Source: Gammaproteobacteria bacterium (GTDB lineage Bacteria; Pseudomonadota; Gammaproteobacteria; JAAEPA01). From it: a stretch of DNA of 49,933 nucleotides. Under the pieces are notes generated by a model, which did no database searches, was not told where the DNA came from, and worked only from the letters and a program-made list of their open reading frames with translations. Every line of letters begins with the position of its first letter. The first letter of the stretch is position 1. Below, one piece after another: positions 19,679-29,916 of this stretch. The position numbers and the translations under genes are program-made. The stretch covers positions 1 to 49,933 of the forward strand of contig JAAEPA010000156.1 of assembly GCA_024222475.1 (NCBI GenBank). Reading direction: 5' to 3'.

Positions 19679-19729
19679 TGGCTGTGTTTCAACCCGTTTA
19701 GAACGGAGTAAGCGGCCCGTTCCTTCGTT

Positions 19730-20842
19730 ATGATTCTTCGTAAAAATCCTGGTGCTGGGTTGGAAGGGTTTAAGTCGATGATAGACGAACAGCGCAGACC
19801 GATTGTACTGATCGTTGATGATCAATTTACAGGTCGTAAAATTCTGCAACAATTGATACATAGTATCGATAAAAAACTGCAGATTAAATGTTTTTCAGAT
19901 CCCTTCGAGGCCTTGGGGAGCGCCGCTCAACAGGTTCCCGATTTAGTTCTTACCGACTATAAGATGCCGGATCTCGATGGCGTTGATTTTATACGCAGAT
20001 TTCGAACGACTCTGAACTGTTCCGATGTTCCGCTGGTAATGGTGACCGTGGTCGATGACCCAGAGGTACGTTATCAAGCGCTAGATGCGGGGGCAACTGA
20101 TTTTTTAGTCAGACCTATCGATCAGCACGAATGTCGAGCAAGATGTAAAAACCTGCTGATTCTGCGACGGCAACAGAAAATTATAAAAAACCGCGCAAGC
20201 TGGTTAGAAGAACAGGTCTCCGCGGCTACCTTGCAAATACGTAATAGAGAGAGGGAGACCTTGCTGAGATTGGCCAGGGCTGTTGAATATCGAGATGCAG
20301 GTACGGGTAATCACGTATTACGCATGGCAAAGTACTCTCGTCTGATCGCTGAGCAGCTTGGCCTATCTGCGCTGGAATGCGAAGAAATTGAATTAGCGGC
20401 GCCAATGCATGATATAGGTAAGATCGGAATACCTGATAATATCCTCCTCAAACCTGCTCGCTTGAATCCGGCTGAGCGAAGGGTAATGAATACGCACACC
20501 CTTATTGGGCATGAAATCCTCAAAGATAGTCCCTCTAGATATCTGCAATTAGGGGCTGTGATTGCCTTGGCTCACCATGAGAAATTCGATGGCAGTGGTT
20601 ATCCTAAGGGGTTGCAAGACAATGCGATTCCGCTCTACGCAAGAATCGTGGCTGTCGCCGACGTCTATGATGCTTTAACTACCGCCAGGCCCTATAAATC
20701 GCTCTGGAGTTCTGAGGATTCTATTGAATTCATATGCCAACAGATGGGCCGGCACTTTGATCCTCAATGCACAAAGGCCTTTATTTCTCAAATAGATGCA
20801 GTTCGCGAAATTGAGACGAGTTTGCAGGATGAGCCAAGCTAA
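19730..20842 (+). CDS. rpfG: Response regulator with an HD-GYP c-di-GMP phosphodiesterase domain (RpfG-like)
   Basis: Receiver domain (IVLIVDD...LVLTDYKMPDLDG) followed by HD-GYP (APMHDIGKIGIP, HHEKFDGSGYPKGL, VADVYDALTTARPYK). The start may be the internal ATG at 19778 (MIDEQRRP). Confidence 0.85.
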   Translation: MILRKNPGAGLEGFKSMIDEQRRPIVLIVDDQFTGRKILQQLIHSIDKKLQIKCFSDPFEALGSAAQQVPDLVLTDYKMPDLDGVDFIRRFRTTLNCSDVPLVMVTVVDDPEVRYQALDAGATDFLVRPIDQHECRARCKNLLILRRQQKIIKNRASWLEEQVSAATLQIRNRERETLLRLARAVEYRDAGTGNHVLRMAKYSRLIAEQLGLSALECEEIELAAPMHDIGKIGIPDNILLKPARLNPAERRVMNTHTLIGHEILKDSPSRYLQLGAVIALAHHEKFDGSGYPKGLQDNAIPLYARIVAVADVYDALTTARPYKSLWSSEDSIEFICQQMGRHFDPQCTKAFISQIDAVREIETSLQDEPS

Positions 20843-20962
20843 ACGCAGGCTATACGGCCACTATGAGGTTTTCCGAGAATGGGTCAAGCTATTGCTGACA
20901 AGTGTAGTTTTTTGTTAAAAATACGAAAAACTACAAAATAAAACCAGTAATAATAAGGAACT

Positions 20963-23509
20963 GTGGTGATAAAGGTATTCAAAACCATAACACAGCGCCT
21001 GAAAAATCGCCCTGACAGTGAACACGAACAGGCCATTCTGCGAGTGGTCATTGTGTTTTTGGTGCTGATGTATTTTTTTTCCCCTACCTATATCAGTGGA
21101 ATCGCTGAAATCAATCGTCTGCTACACACTCAAATCGTCATCGTATTGTTATGGGTGTTTTCCTTATTATTATTGTTCAGTGTTTTTCTCAGTCCCGGTA
21201 AGTCACCCATGCGGCGCTTGATCGGGATGGCTGCGGATATCAGTGCCACTTCCTACTTTTTAGCGGTTAGCGGTGTTGTAGCGACCCCTTTGATCGCCGT
21301 CTATTTGTGGGTGACTATGGGCAATGGCTTCAGGTACGGGGTCAAATATCTGGTGGTTTCATCATTTCTAAGTATCGTTGGATTTTCCTTTGCTTTTTAC
21401 TATAGTCACTTCTGGTCTTCCCAGCCCGTATTGGGTGTCAGTATGTTAATCATTCTCGCCGTATTACCGTTGTATATGGCGACCTTATTACGCAAGCTCA
21501 ACCGAGCTTTGGAGCAAGCTAGGCAGGCGAGTGTGGCCAAGTCACAATTTGTCGCCAACATGAGCCATGAACTTCGAACCCCTTTAAACGGTGTCATCGG
21601 TATGAGTGACTTGTTAATGGATACCCATCTGGATGCTGAGCAAAAAGAAATTTCCAGCACTATCCAGGCATCCGCTCATACCTTATTGGGGCTGATCGAA
21701 AAAATTCTGGATATTTCCAAGATCGAAGCCGGTAAGGTCTCTATCGATAAGATGGATTTTGACCTTTATCGTCTGGTGAACAAGATTGCCATGATGTTCA
21801 TTCCGCAGGCTGCAAAGAAGGGGCTGAAACTTACTTCCCACATGGCACCCGAAACACCGTTTCTGATTCATGGTGATGCCAGACACCTGCGACAAGTACT
21901 CATTAACCTAGTTGGAAACGCGATAAAGTTTACCCAGCAGGGTCGAGTGGAGATTCGCGTGCAGCTTGTAGAGGGCCTTTCATCGACGATTCGGATCCGT
22001 TTTGAAATTATCGATACCGGCATCGGTATTCCCGAGCAGGTGCAGGGTCGCATTTTCGACAGTTTTACCCAAGTTGACGAATCGACAACGAGGTGTTTTG
22101 GAGGCACGGGGTTAGGGACTACCATTGCCAAACAACTGATCACGCAGATGGGGGGGGTGATTGGTGTTGATAGTCGTGAAGGTAGAGGTACTACTTTTTG
22201 GTTTGAATTACCTTTCGACCTACAACAAGGCCAGGAAAAGGAGCCTGTCTCGGTGGTTAAGTCATCCGATATTCGTGTGTGGGTACTCGCTGGTAAAAGG
22301 CTCAGGGGTATCCTGGATGTCGGACTCAAGAATTGGGGCATCAGTGCTGAGTTTCCGACCGATGCCGCTGACGCTATCTCTGATTTAATCGAAACGTTTG
22401 GGGAGCACCGGTCCTTTAATGTTGCTATTGTAGAACGCCAGTATCTGAATCATGATCCTGAAGAGTTCATTGGCATATTGTATAGCAAGGGGGTATTGAC
22501 GCAAATGTCAGTGGTACTTATTGAGAACGACCCACAGGCTATTCGGGGTGAGGTCTTGCTGCGCGCGGGGTTCTCTTCAATCTTGCATCTACCTTTAAAT
22601 AAGACGCTGTTGTTTAATGCGATTCACGCCGCCCAAACAGAGCATTTAGATCCAAAGAATGTGGTATCCCTTGCCAAGCATTATCAGCAAAGAGCCGGTA
22701 TAAAACGACTCAATATCTTGGTTGCAGAGGACAATGAGACCAATCAGAAAGTGATTAAAGGAATTCTGGAGCGAGCCGAACATCGTGTGTCTCTGGTCGG
22801 TGATGGTGAACAAGCCCTAGATGCACTCGAGAACGAAGATTGTCTTTTCGATCTGATCATACTGGACATGAATATGCCATCGATGACCGGTTTGGAGGTC
22901 TTTAAGGCCTATCGTTTTATAGATACGAGTGCCGATGTTCCCGTAGTGATCCTCTCAGCAGATGCAACATGTGAGACGAAGCAGGCCTGTCAAGATGCCG
23001 GCGTTAGTTCATTTCTCACCAAACCGGTGGATGCCAGAAAATTGCTAGAAATACTTGCTGATCTGACCCAAGATGCTAAACCACATGAAGGTGAGGGCAA
23101 AGCCGTTGTTCAACTACTCAATAGTAAGTTCTCATCGGAAAAAGGATTAAAGTTAGATGAATATAAGCTCGATACTCTAACTCAACTGGGCTCTGGACCT
23201 GAATTTATAAAGCAACTGGTGGAAGGTTTTCAGCGCGATGGTGAACGACTCATGGAAAATCTACAACATGCTGACGATCAACGTGATTACCTCGAAATGC
23301 GTGATGCAGTACACGCCTTAAAAGGTACTGCTTCCGAGCTTGGTGCGATACAGTTAATAAAACTGTGTAAGGATGTTGAAGGGCTCAAACCATATGATAT
23401 GGTCTCCGATAAGCCAGGGTTGCTAATAGAAGAAATCAATGAAATATTTGTTAATACTTGTTTAACACTAAATAACTATGTCCGGCGAAAATGTAGAAAA
23501 GCCCGCTAA
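20963..23509 (+). CDS. rpfC: Hybrid sensor histidine kinase (RpfC-like): multi-TM input, HisKA/HATPase, degenerate REC, REC, Hpt
   Basis: 848 aa. N-terminus [12 protein letters not shown], ~5 TM helices with GNGFRYG. H-box [11 protein letters not shown]-box [25 protein letters not shown] (ILVAEDN...LIILDMNMP). Hpt ([12 protein letters not shown]). GTG start. Confidence 0.85.
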   Translation: MVIKVFKTITQRLKNRPDSEHEQAILRVVIVFLVLMYFFSPTYISGIAEINRLLHTQIVIVLLWVFSLLLLFSVFLSPGKSPMRRLIGMAADISATSYFLAVSGVVATPLIAVYLWVTMGNGFRYGVKYLVVSSFLSIVGFSFAFYYSHFWSSQPVLGVSMLIILAVLPLYMATLLRKLNRALEQARQASVAKSQFVANMSHELRTPLNGVIGMSDLLMDTHLDAEQKEISSTIQASAHTLLGLIEKILDISKIEAGKVSIDKMDFDLYRLVNKIAMMFIPQAAKKGLKLTSHMAPETPFLIHGDARHLRQVLINLVGNAIKFTQQGRVEIRVQLVEGLSSTIRIRFEIIDTGIGIPEQVQGRIFDSFTQVDESTTRCFGGTGLGTTIAKQLITQMGGVIGVDSREGRGTTFWFELPFDLQQGQEKEPVSVVKSSDIRVWVLAGKRLRGILDVGLKNWGISAEFPTDAADAISDLIETFGEHRSFNVAIVERQYLNHDPEEFIGILYSKGVLTQMSVVLIENDPQAIRGEVLLRAGFSSILHLPLNKTLLFNAIHAAQTEHLDPKNVVSLAKHYQQRAGIKRLNILVAEDNETNQKVIKGILERAEHRVSLVGDGEQALDALENEDCLFDLIILDMNMPSMTGLEVFKAYRFIDTSADVPVVILSADATCETKQACQDAGVSSFLTKPVDARKLLEILADLTQDAKPHEGEGKAVVQLLNSKFSSEKGLKLDEYKLDTLTQLGSGPEFIKQLVEGFQRDGERLMENLQHADDQRDYLEMRDAVHALKGTASELGAIQLIKLCKDVEGLKPYDMVSDKPGLLIEEINEIFVNTCLTLNNYVRRKCRKAR

Positions 23510-23646
23510 TGTGCTTCATATGTGGCTATCTAAACACTGCATATACAAGGAAGGAATTACCATATTGGATTCCAGCCTTTTCAGTAAATATGAAGATGCT
23601 CTATAGGGTCGTTCGAGGCTGAATGACTAATAATCCTGACAGTGTT

Positions 23647-24537
23647 TTATAATTGTTCAACACTGCGTAGATTAGTCTTTTGACAGGCAAGTTTGTGTTG
23701 CTTAGCGACAAGCCTCTCCATCATGCGTAAATCGCGTTTTTCCAATCGAAGAGCAGCGTCGACCCAAATGCCGGTTATTGCCATTAATTCATCATAGGTC
23801 ACTGGATTAACGCAATTTTTCGCGGCCCGAAAGGCCCGGTATCCGTTAGTGGATTTGCCCTCTTTTCTAATGTAATCGTACACCGCCATTTCCCCTTGTT
23901 GATCCTCGGCGAGGATATCAACTACTCCCATGTCGTATAGTTCTTCCGCGGAATAGAGTTTCCCGCTCAAAATCATCTTTTCAGCCCTAACGCTGTCGAG
24001 CTTACGTGATAGTAAGCTGTATGCTCCCATTCCGGGAAAGAGGTTAAAGAGAATTTCAGGAAATCCCATTTTGGTTCCGCGCTCGGCGATCAAGACATCA
24101 CTGGCCAAGGCACATTCGAAACCTCCTCCTAAGGCATCGCCCTGTACTAAAGTAATATGAGTAATGTCCCGGTGAAAGTTTTTCATCTTGATGTACAAGG
24201 TATCGATACAGGTCTTGGCGTAGCTAAAAAGGCCGGCACGGTCCTTCGTCAAAATGAGGTTTCTGAATAGATCTAAATCTCCTCCAAGATTGTATACGCC
24301 GGGGGTATCAGAGGCCAAAATAGCAAACCTGATATTTTGCTCGTGTTGCACGGAAAGTTTCGTAAACCAATCTTGTAACTCACTGAGTAATTTTGTGTTA
24401 AAGCACGGGCGAGGATTGGCATGCATGTAACCCCACGCAAGATCATATTTTTCGTCGTAGTAAGTACTCAATTCAGAATAACGGGGGGGGGTGGAGCTAA
24501 CGGTTGAAAGGGTGGTACTGAGTACACTGTTCATCAT
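23647..24537 (-). CDS. rpfF: Crotonase-family DSF synthase (RpfF-like enoyl-CoA hydratase/thioesterase)
   Basis: 296 aa. Long collinear similarity to my recollection of Xanthomonas RpfF: NLGGDL.LF, LVQG.ALGGGFE.AL, G.PE.LF.LFPGMGAYS, MIL.G.LYSAE.L, I.WVD.A..L. Both catalytic Glu positions are conserved (GGGFE, FPE). Convergent with rpfC. Confidence 0.85.
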   Translation of the reverse strand: MMNSVLSTTLSTVSSTPPRYSELSTYYDEKYDLAWGYMHANPRPCFNTKLLSELQDWFTKLSVQHEQNIRFAILASDTPGVYNLGGDLDLFRNLILTKDRAGLFSYAKTCIDTLYIKMKNFHRDITHITLVQGDALGGGFECALASDVLIAERGTKMGFPEILFNLFPGMGAYSLLSRKLDSVRAEKMILSGKLYSAEELYDMGVVDILAEDQQGEMAVYDYIRKEGKSTNGYRAFRAAKNCVNPVTYDELMAITGIWVDAALRLEKRDLRMMERLVAKQHKLACQKTNLRSVEQL

Positions 24538-24915
24538 TGGATTAACTCCTTACTGATATATTCGGTATAAGGTCAACCGATGGTCAATAGCTGAATTATA
24601 TTTGACACATTTCTAACCGCTCAATATGTTTCCGAGGAATGCTTCTTCCACTTCGGTTAAGTAAGGGGGGATTAGCTTGTTACGTCAAGTGTGATTGGTG
24701 ATGAACGGGGTTGTTTTGGGGGTAAGAGGCGGGCAAATTCTTACGGATGTTATTTCTAACATGTGATCTTTAGTCACAACTTTATCCTTCACATCCGGTT
24801 TTCATTTGGTTTCGTATGCTAAGAACTTGACAAATGGCCAGATCAGACTCGCGATTTTAAGTACAATCTGGTGATTTAGGGTATCCCAACAGCTTAAGTA
24901 TCGGCGCTAAGAAAA

Positions 24916-26298
24916 TCAGCCACGATATACGATTGTAGGCAACCAGGTTGCCAGTTGTGGCCATATAGATAATAAAATAAGGGCAAAAACCTGAATGATG
25001 ACGAATGGTATGACACCACGGTAAATATGCTGGGTACTGATTTCTGGAGGCGCCACACCGCGTAGATAAAATAGAGCGAAACCAAACGGTGGAGTCAGAA
25101 AGGAGGTTTGCAGGTTGATTGCTATCATTATGCCAAGCCAGACGGGATCTATTCCCATACCCAGTAAAATTGGACCGATGATCGGAACGACTACGAAAGT
25201 AATTTCGATAAAGTCCAGGACAAATCCCAGTATAAACATGACTATCATGACCATGAGCATTGCACCGAATACTCCACCAGGTAATTGAGTCAACAGGGTA
25301 TGCACCGCTTCATCCCCACCAAGACCACGAAATACCAAGGAAAAAATCGAGGCGCCGATCAGGATTAAGAACACCATGCTGGTGATTCTCACTGTCGATT
25401 GCATAACATCGCGGAGTTGCTGAAGATTTAGTTTTCTATTGATGCTGGCCAATAAAATAGCGCCCATCGCTCCCACGGAAGCTGCTTCCGTGGGTGTTGC
25501 AAGTCCCCCCATAATTGAGCCGAGCACCGCAACGATCAATAAAAGGGGTGGTATCATGGCCTTGAAAATTCGGGCTGCCAATTGAGTTGCATTTAGGGTG
25601 CGCTCATTGATTGGAATGGCAGGCATATTATTGGGCCTTAGCAAGGCTTCGGCCAAAAGATATGCAAGATAGAGCAGCACTAGCATTGCTCCCGGAATGA
25701 CCGCACCAGCAAACAAATCGCCCACTGAAATGGTTTCCGGCGAGAAAACTCCTTGATCTAGTTGGGCTTGTTGATAGGCGGATGACAACACATCTCCGAG
25801 CAGGACCAATACGATAGAAGGGGGTATGATTTGACCTAAGGTGCCGGAAGCGCAGATCGTGCCACAGGCGATCTGCGGAGCGTATCCCCGTTTGAGCATA
25901 GTGGGCAGCGATAACAAACCCATGGTCACCACTGTCGCGCCGACGATTCCGGTACTGGCTGCCAGTAATATGCCAACGATCAACACCGAGTACCCTAAGC
26001 CGCCCCGCAAACATCCGAACAACAATGCCATCGATTCGAGCAGCTTCTCAGCGACTTTAGATCGTTCAAGCATGATTCCCATGAATATAAACAGCGGCAC
26101 GGCGATGAGGATCTCATTGGTCATGATACCGTACAGCCGATTTGGAAGAGCCAGCAGAAATGAGGGATCAAAATGGCCTACCAGTGTGCCCACCCAGGCA
26201 AACAGCAGAGAGGTTCCCGCTAGCGTGAAAGCTACCGGATACCCGGCCAGCAGAGCTAAGACCACCGATAGGAACAATACCATCGCTGCCCAGCCCAT
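24916..26298 (-). CDS. TRAP transporter large permease (DctM family)
   Basis: About 460 aa of polytopic membrane protein. The ORF track extends to 26388, but the ATG at 26298 forms a TGATG overlap with the dctQ stop and begins the hydrophobic N-terminus MGWAAMVLFL. Confidence 0.85.
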   Translation of the reverse strand: MGWAAMVLFLSVVLALLAGYPVAFTLAGTSLLFAWVGTLVGHFDPSFLLALPNRLYGIMTNEILIAVPLFIFMGIMLERSKVAEKLLESMALLFGCLRGGLGYSVLIVGILLAASTGIVGATVVTMGLLSLPTMLKRGYAPQIACGTICASGTLGQIIPPSIVLVLLGDVLSSAYQQAQLDQGVFSPETISVGDLFAGAVIPGAMLVLLYLAYLLAEALLRPNNMPAIPINERTLNATQLAARIFKAMIPPLLLIVAVLGSIMGGLATPTEAASVGAMGAILLASINRKLNLQQLRDVMQSTVRITSMVFLILIGASIFSLVFRGLGGDEAVHTLLTQLPGGVFGAMLMVMIVMFILGFVLDFIEITFVVVPIIGPILLGMGIDPVWLGIMIAINLQTSFLTPPFGFALFYLRGVAPPEISTQHIYRGVIPFVIIQVFALILLSIWPQLATWLPTIVYRG

Positions 26299-26831
26299 CA
26301 GCTTTTGACCGTTGGGTCTAGGGTATGATCGATAATGATGAGTAGACTGTTGCTGGCCTGCGACAGTCCCTGCAACGTGAGTAGGCATGCCATTAGGGGA
26401 ATGCTGGATTTAAGAGCGAATACCAAAGGTAGGCCACCGGCCTCGCGGGAACCTTCAAGCAGAAGCCAAGAGCTAACTACGTAGCTTGCGCTGGTCCACA
26501 ATATGTATAAACAAGTTGGTATGAGCAGTAACAGAGCGCCGAGTAGATTGACCCATGCCTGTGCGCTCGGTGCCATGTTACGGTAGAAGATATCGACTCT
26601 TACATGAGCGTCGTGCTTCAGGGTGTAAGCGGCCCCGGCCATAAAGGCCAAGGCATGCATGTAGGTGACAGACTCCTGCATTGCGATCCAACCGGTATCG
26701 AACCCGTAGCGAAGTACGACCACTAAGAAGGTGATGCAGACCATGCCCAAGGTTAACCAAGAAATGATCAATCCTACTCGTTCATTTAGGCTGTCTATTA
26801 CAGTGACTAATTTTGGCAGTATGTTAGTCAT
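26298..26831 (-). CDS. TRAP transporter small permease (DctQ family)
   Basis: 177 aa with four predicted TM helices. Translationally coupled to the large permease gene. Confidence 0.8.
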   Translation of the reverse strand: MTNILPKLVTVIDSLNERVGLIISWLTLGMVCITFLVVVLRYGFDTGWIAMQESVTYMHALAFMAGAAYTLKHDAHVRVDIFYRNMAPSAQAWVNLLGALLLLIPTCLYILWTSASYVVSSWLLLEGSREAGGLPLVFALKSSIPLMACLLTLQGLSQASNSLLIIIDHTLDPTVKS

Positions 26832-26973
26832 TTGATGGCGTGATGGTACTGTGCTGGGGTTGGTGATCGAGGCACAGTACCAGAAGAAGCTATTATGCCT
26901 GTAGTCGCAACAAGGTTATCATCTCATCAGACTTCGTACCCCTTAACATCCATCATAACTTCGCACTCTATTG

Positions 26974-29676
26974 ATGTCTGACAGTAAATCATCCGCTAAA
27001 CCGTTCATTATCGTAGACGGTTCGTCCTATCTTTATCGGGCCTATCATGCCATGCCGGCATTATCCAATTCTCATGGCGAGTCGACCGGTGCTATCTACG
27101 GTGTTGTTAACATGTTAGGAAAGCTAGTCAAGGAATATGAGCCGAAATATTTTGCTGTGGTATTTGATGCTAAAGGAAAAACCTTCAGAAACGAGCTTTA
27201 TCCTGATTACAAGGCCAATCGCCCTCCCATGCCCGCAGACTTACGGTCTCAGGTCAAACCTCTAAAAGACTTGATTCATGCCCTGGGATTCCCGTTATTA
27301 GAGGTCCAAGGTGTAGAGGCCGACGATGTTATCGGGACCCTGGTGAGCCAAGCGGTGAAGCTCGGCTGGTCAGTGTTGATATCTACGGGCGATAAAGATA
27401 TGGCCCAATTGGTCAATGATCAGGTAAGTTTGGTGAACACCATGGATAACACTCGACTTGACCGGTCAGGGGTAGTGAATAAATTCAAAGTTCTTCCGGA
27501 ACGGATTGTTGACTATCTTGCCCTTGTTGGCGACAAGGTGGATAACATTCCTGGAGTGCCAGGTGTAGGTCCGAAGACTGCGGTTAAGTGGTTGGCTGAA
27601 CATGGATCAATGCAAGAGATTATCGATCAAGCGGATAAGGTGAGGGGTAAAATTGGTGAGAAGCTGAGGGCTACAGTTGATCAGTTGCCCTTATCGCATC
27701 AACTGGCAACCATTAAATGTGACGTGGAACTTGAGCTCACCCCCTCGGATCTACGAAGAGGGAGCGCTGATCCGGTAGCGCTTCGTGAAATTTACGGAAA
27801 TCTAGAATTCAGAACGTGGTTGGCTGCACTCGGGGGAGAGCAGACCAATAATGATCCAAAAAAGAGCCAAGGAGACTATCGGATAATCCTTTCCTTGGCT
27901 GATCTAGAGGCTTGGTTGTCACTTTTGGAACAGGCGCCGGTGTTTGCATTTGATACCGAAACGACCAGCCTCAATTATATGTCGGCCAGGGTCGTGGGTG
28001 TATCCTTTGCTGTAAAAGAGGGTGAGGCGGCCTACCTGCCTATTGGACACGATTATCCGGGGGTGCCTGAACAATTGGATGAGACAGAGGTGTTCGGCAG
28101 GCTTAAGCGCCTGTTGGAAGATCCTGCTATCAAAAAACTGGGGCATAACCTTAAGTACGATAGGAATGTCTTGGCCAATCACGGTATTGCCCTAACCGGC
28201 ATCGCCTATGACACCATGTTGGAGTCCTATGTGATCAACTCCACTGCCAATCGGCATGATCTGGACACGCTTTGTCAGAAGCATTTGCAGCACAGCAACA
28301 TCCATTTCGAGGACGTGGCGGGCAAGGGTTCGAAGCAGATTACCTTTGACAAGGTGGATCTGGACAAGGCTACGGCATATGCTGCGGAAGATGCGGATAT
28401 GACGCTGAGGCTGCATCAGCATTTCTGGCCTCAACTGAGGTCCCTGGAGAATCAATGCAGACTCTACGAGTCCATCGAAATACCCCTAATCGAAGTGCTA
28501 TCAAGAGTAGAACGAAATGGTGTACTGGTGGATGCGCAACGTCTGCAAGGCCAGAGTCGGGAACTGGCCGCGGTCATGGACAGGCTTGTTTCCGAGGCCA
28601 CGGAGCTGGCGGGAGAAAGCTTTAACCTCTCATCGCCCAAACAAATACAGAAGATTCTTTTCGAGCGTCAGGGGTTACCCATCATACGCAAAACTCCAAA
28701 GGGTCAACCCTCAACGGCGGAGGATGTACTGCAGGAACTTGCCCATGACTATCCATTACCGCGATTGATCCTCGAACACCGTTCTTTGAGCAAACTCAAG
28801 TCAACCTATACTGATAAGTTACCAAAACAGATAAATCCACGGACCGGACGGGTACATACCTCATATCAACAGGCGGTGGCCTCTACCGGTCGACTTTCAT
28901 CCACAGATCCGAATCTGCAGAATATTCCCATCCGAAGCATGGAGGGTCGGCGCATTCGTCAGGCCTTTATAGCTTCACCAGGGCACAAGATATTGGCCGC
29001 TGACTATTCACAAATCGAATTGCGTATCATGGCCCATCTATCCGGTGATGAAGGTCTGTGTCAGGCCTTCAGTCGCGGACTGGATATCCATTGCGCAACC
29101 GCATCAGAGGTATTTGCCGTTTCAGTAGAGGACGTCGATGCAGCTCAGCGACGTGCGGCCAAGGCGATAAATTTCGGGCTAATCTACGGCATGTCGGCGT
29201 TTGGGTTGGCCCGACAGCTAGGTATCACACGCCCTGCGGCTCAGGAATATGTGAATTCGTATTTTTCCCGTTATCCGGGAGTCAAGAAGTATATGGATCA
29301 AACCCGTGAGAAGGCCCGGGAAATAGGGTATGTGCAGACTTTATTTGGTCGACGTTTGTATCTGCCGGAAATTAACTCCCGAAATGCTCAGCGGCGCCAG
29401 TATGCGGAGCGAACCGCGATCAATGCCCCGATGCAGGGAAGCGCTGCTGATATTATCAAGCGGGCCATGATCGATGTCGATGCTTGGATAAGAGCCTGCG
29501 TCCCGGATGCTCTAATGATCATGCAAGTACATGATGAATTAGTTTTTGAGGTTGCTGAACAGGACGTAGAACGCGTTCTTTCAGCGGTTAAAGAGCGGAT
29601 GGTCTCCGCGGCGGAACTGACGGTGCCTTTGGAAGTGGATGCAGCAATCGGCCTTAACTGGGATGAAGCCCACTGA
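26974..29676 (+). CDS. polA: DNA polymerase I
   Basis: ~900 aa. 5'-nuclease N-terminus, 3'-5' exonuclease motif FAFDTETTSL, polymerase motifs DYSQIELR, RRAAKAINFGLIYG, QVHDELVFE. The ORF opens at TTG 26971; the ATG is at 26974. Confidence 0.95.
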   Translation: MSDSKSSAKPFIIVDGSSYLYRAYHAMPALSNSHGESTGAIYGVVNMLGKLVKEYEPKYFAVVFDAKGKTFRNELYPDYKANRPPMPADLRSQVKPLKDLIHALGFPLLEVQGVEADDVIGTLVSQAVKLGWSVLISTGDKDMAQLVNDQVSLVNTMDNTRLDRSGVVNKFKVLPERIVDYLALVGDKVDNIPGVPGVGPKTAVKWLAEHGSMQEIIDQADKVRGKIGEKLRATVDQLPLSHQLATIKCDVELELTPSDLRRGSADPVALREIYGNLEFRTWLAALGGEQTNNDPKKSQGDYRIILSLADLEAWLSLLEQAPVFAFDTETTSLNYMSARVVGVSFAVKEGEAAYLPIGHDYPGVPEQLDETEVFGRLKRLLEDPAIKKLGHNLKYDRNVLANHGIALTGIAYDTMLESYVINSTANRHDLDTLCQKHLQHSNIHFEDVAGKGSKQITFDKVDLDKATAYAAEDADMTLRLHQHFWPQLRSLENQCRLYESIEIPLIEVLSRVERNGVLVDAQRLQGQSRELAAVMDRLVSEATELAGESFNLSSPKQIQKILFERQGLPIIRKTPKGQPSTAEDVLQELAHDYPLPRLILEHRSLSKLKSTYTDKLPKQINPRTGRVHTSYQQAVASTGRLSSTDPNLQNIPIRSMEGRRIRQAFIASPGHKILAADYSQIELRIMAHLSGDEGLCQAFSRGLDIHCATASEVFAVSVEDVDAAQRRAAKAINFGLIYGMSAFGLARQLGITRPAAQEYVNSYFSRYPGVKKYMDQTREKAREIGYVQTLFGRRLYLPEINSRNAQRRQYAERTAINAPMQGSAADIIKRAMIDVDAWIRACVPDALMIMQVHDELVFEVAEQDVERVLSAVKERMVSAAELTVPLEVDAAIGLNWDEAH

Positions 29677-29883
29677 GCGGGGACCGCCCCGATCATTCTA
29701 CCGTACATTTTAATTTCAACCCCAGAAGGACCGCTTATCGATAATATCAAGCCTCCTATCATTAACCAGGCAACGCGTTGAGTGAATTGGTTTATAACTA
29801 ACACACGCCAGTCGCCCATGAAGAAAAAAGCATCTGAGGGCTAATGTTGCATCATGGCTTTATGAAAATGACTTGGTTTGAAA

Positions 29884-29910
29884 GAACTTTCTTGGTAGAC
29901 GATTGTCATA
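29884..29910 (+). promoter_or_regulatory. SigmaE/AlgU-type promoter candidate (GAACTT-N16-TCATA)
   Basis: GAACTT at 29884-29889, a 16-nt spacer, then TCATA at 29906-29910. Compare the envelope-stress sigma consensus GAACTT-N16/17-TCnnA. It lies just upstream of the structured RNA candidate. Confidence 0.35.
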
Positions 29911-29916
29911 GATTTT

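Noticed and set aside
21868-22341. 157-aa minus-strand ORF inside rpfC
   Set aside because: It is antisense to the HATPase region of the kinase. This is a typical shadow ORF.
25841-26308. 155-aa plus-strand ORF inside dctM
   Set aside because: It is antisense to the TRAP large permease, with no independent support.
29388-29819. 143-aa minus-strand ORF overlapping the polA 3' end
   Set aside because: Most of it is antisense to the conserved polymerase palm/finger motifs. The remainder has no RBS.
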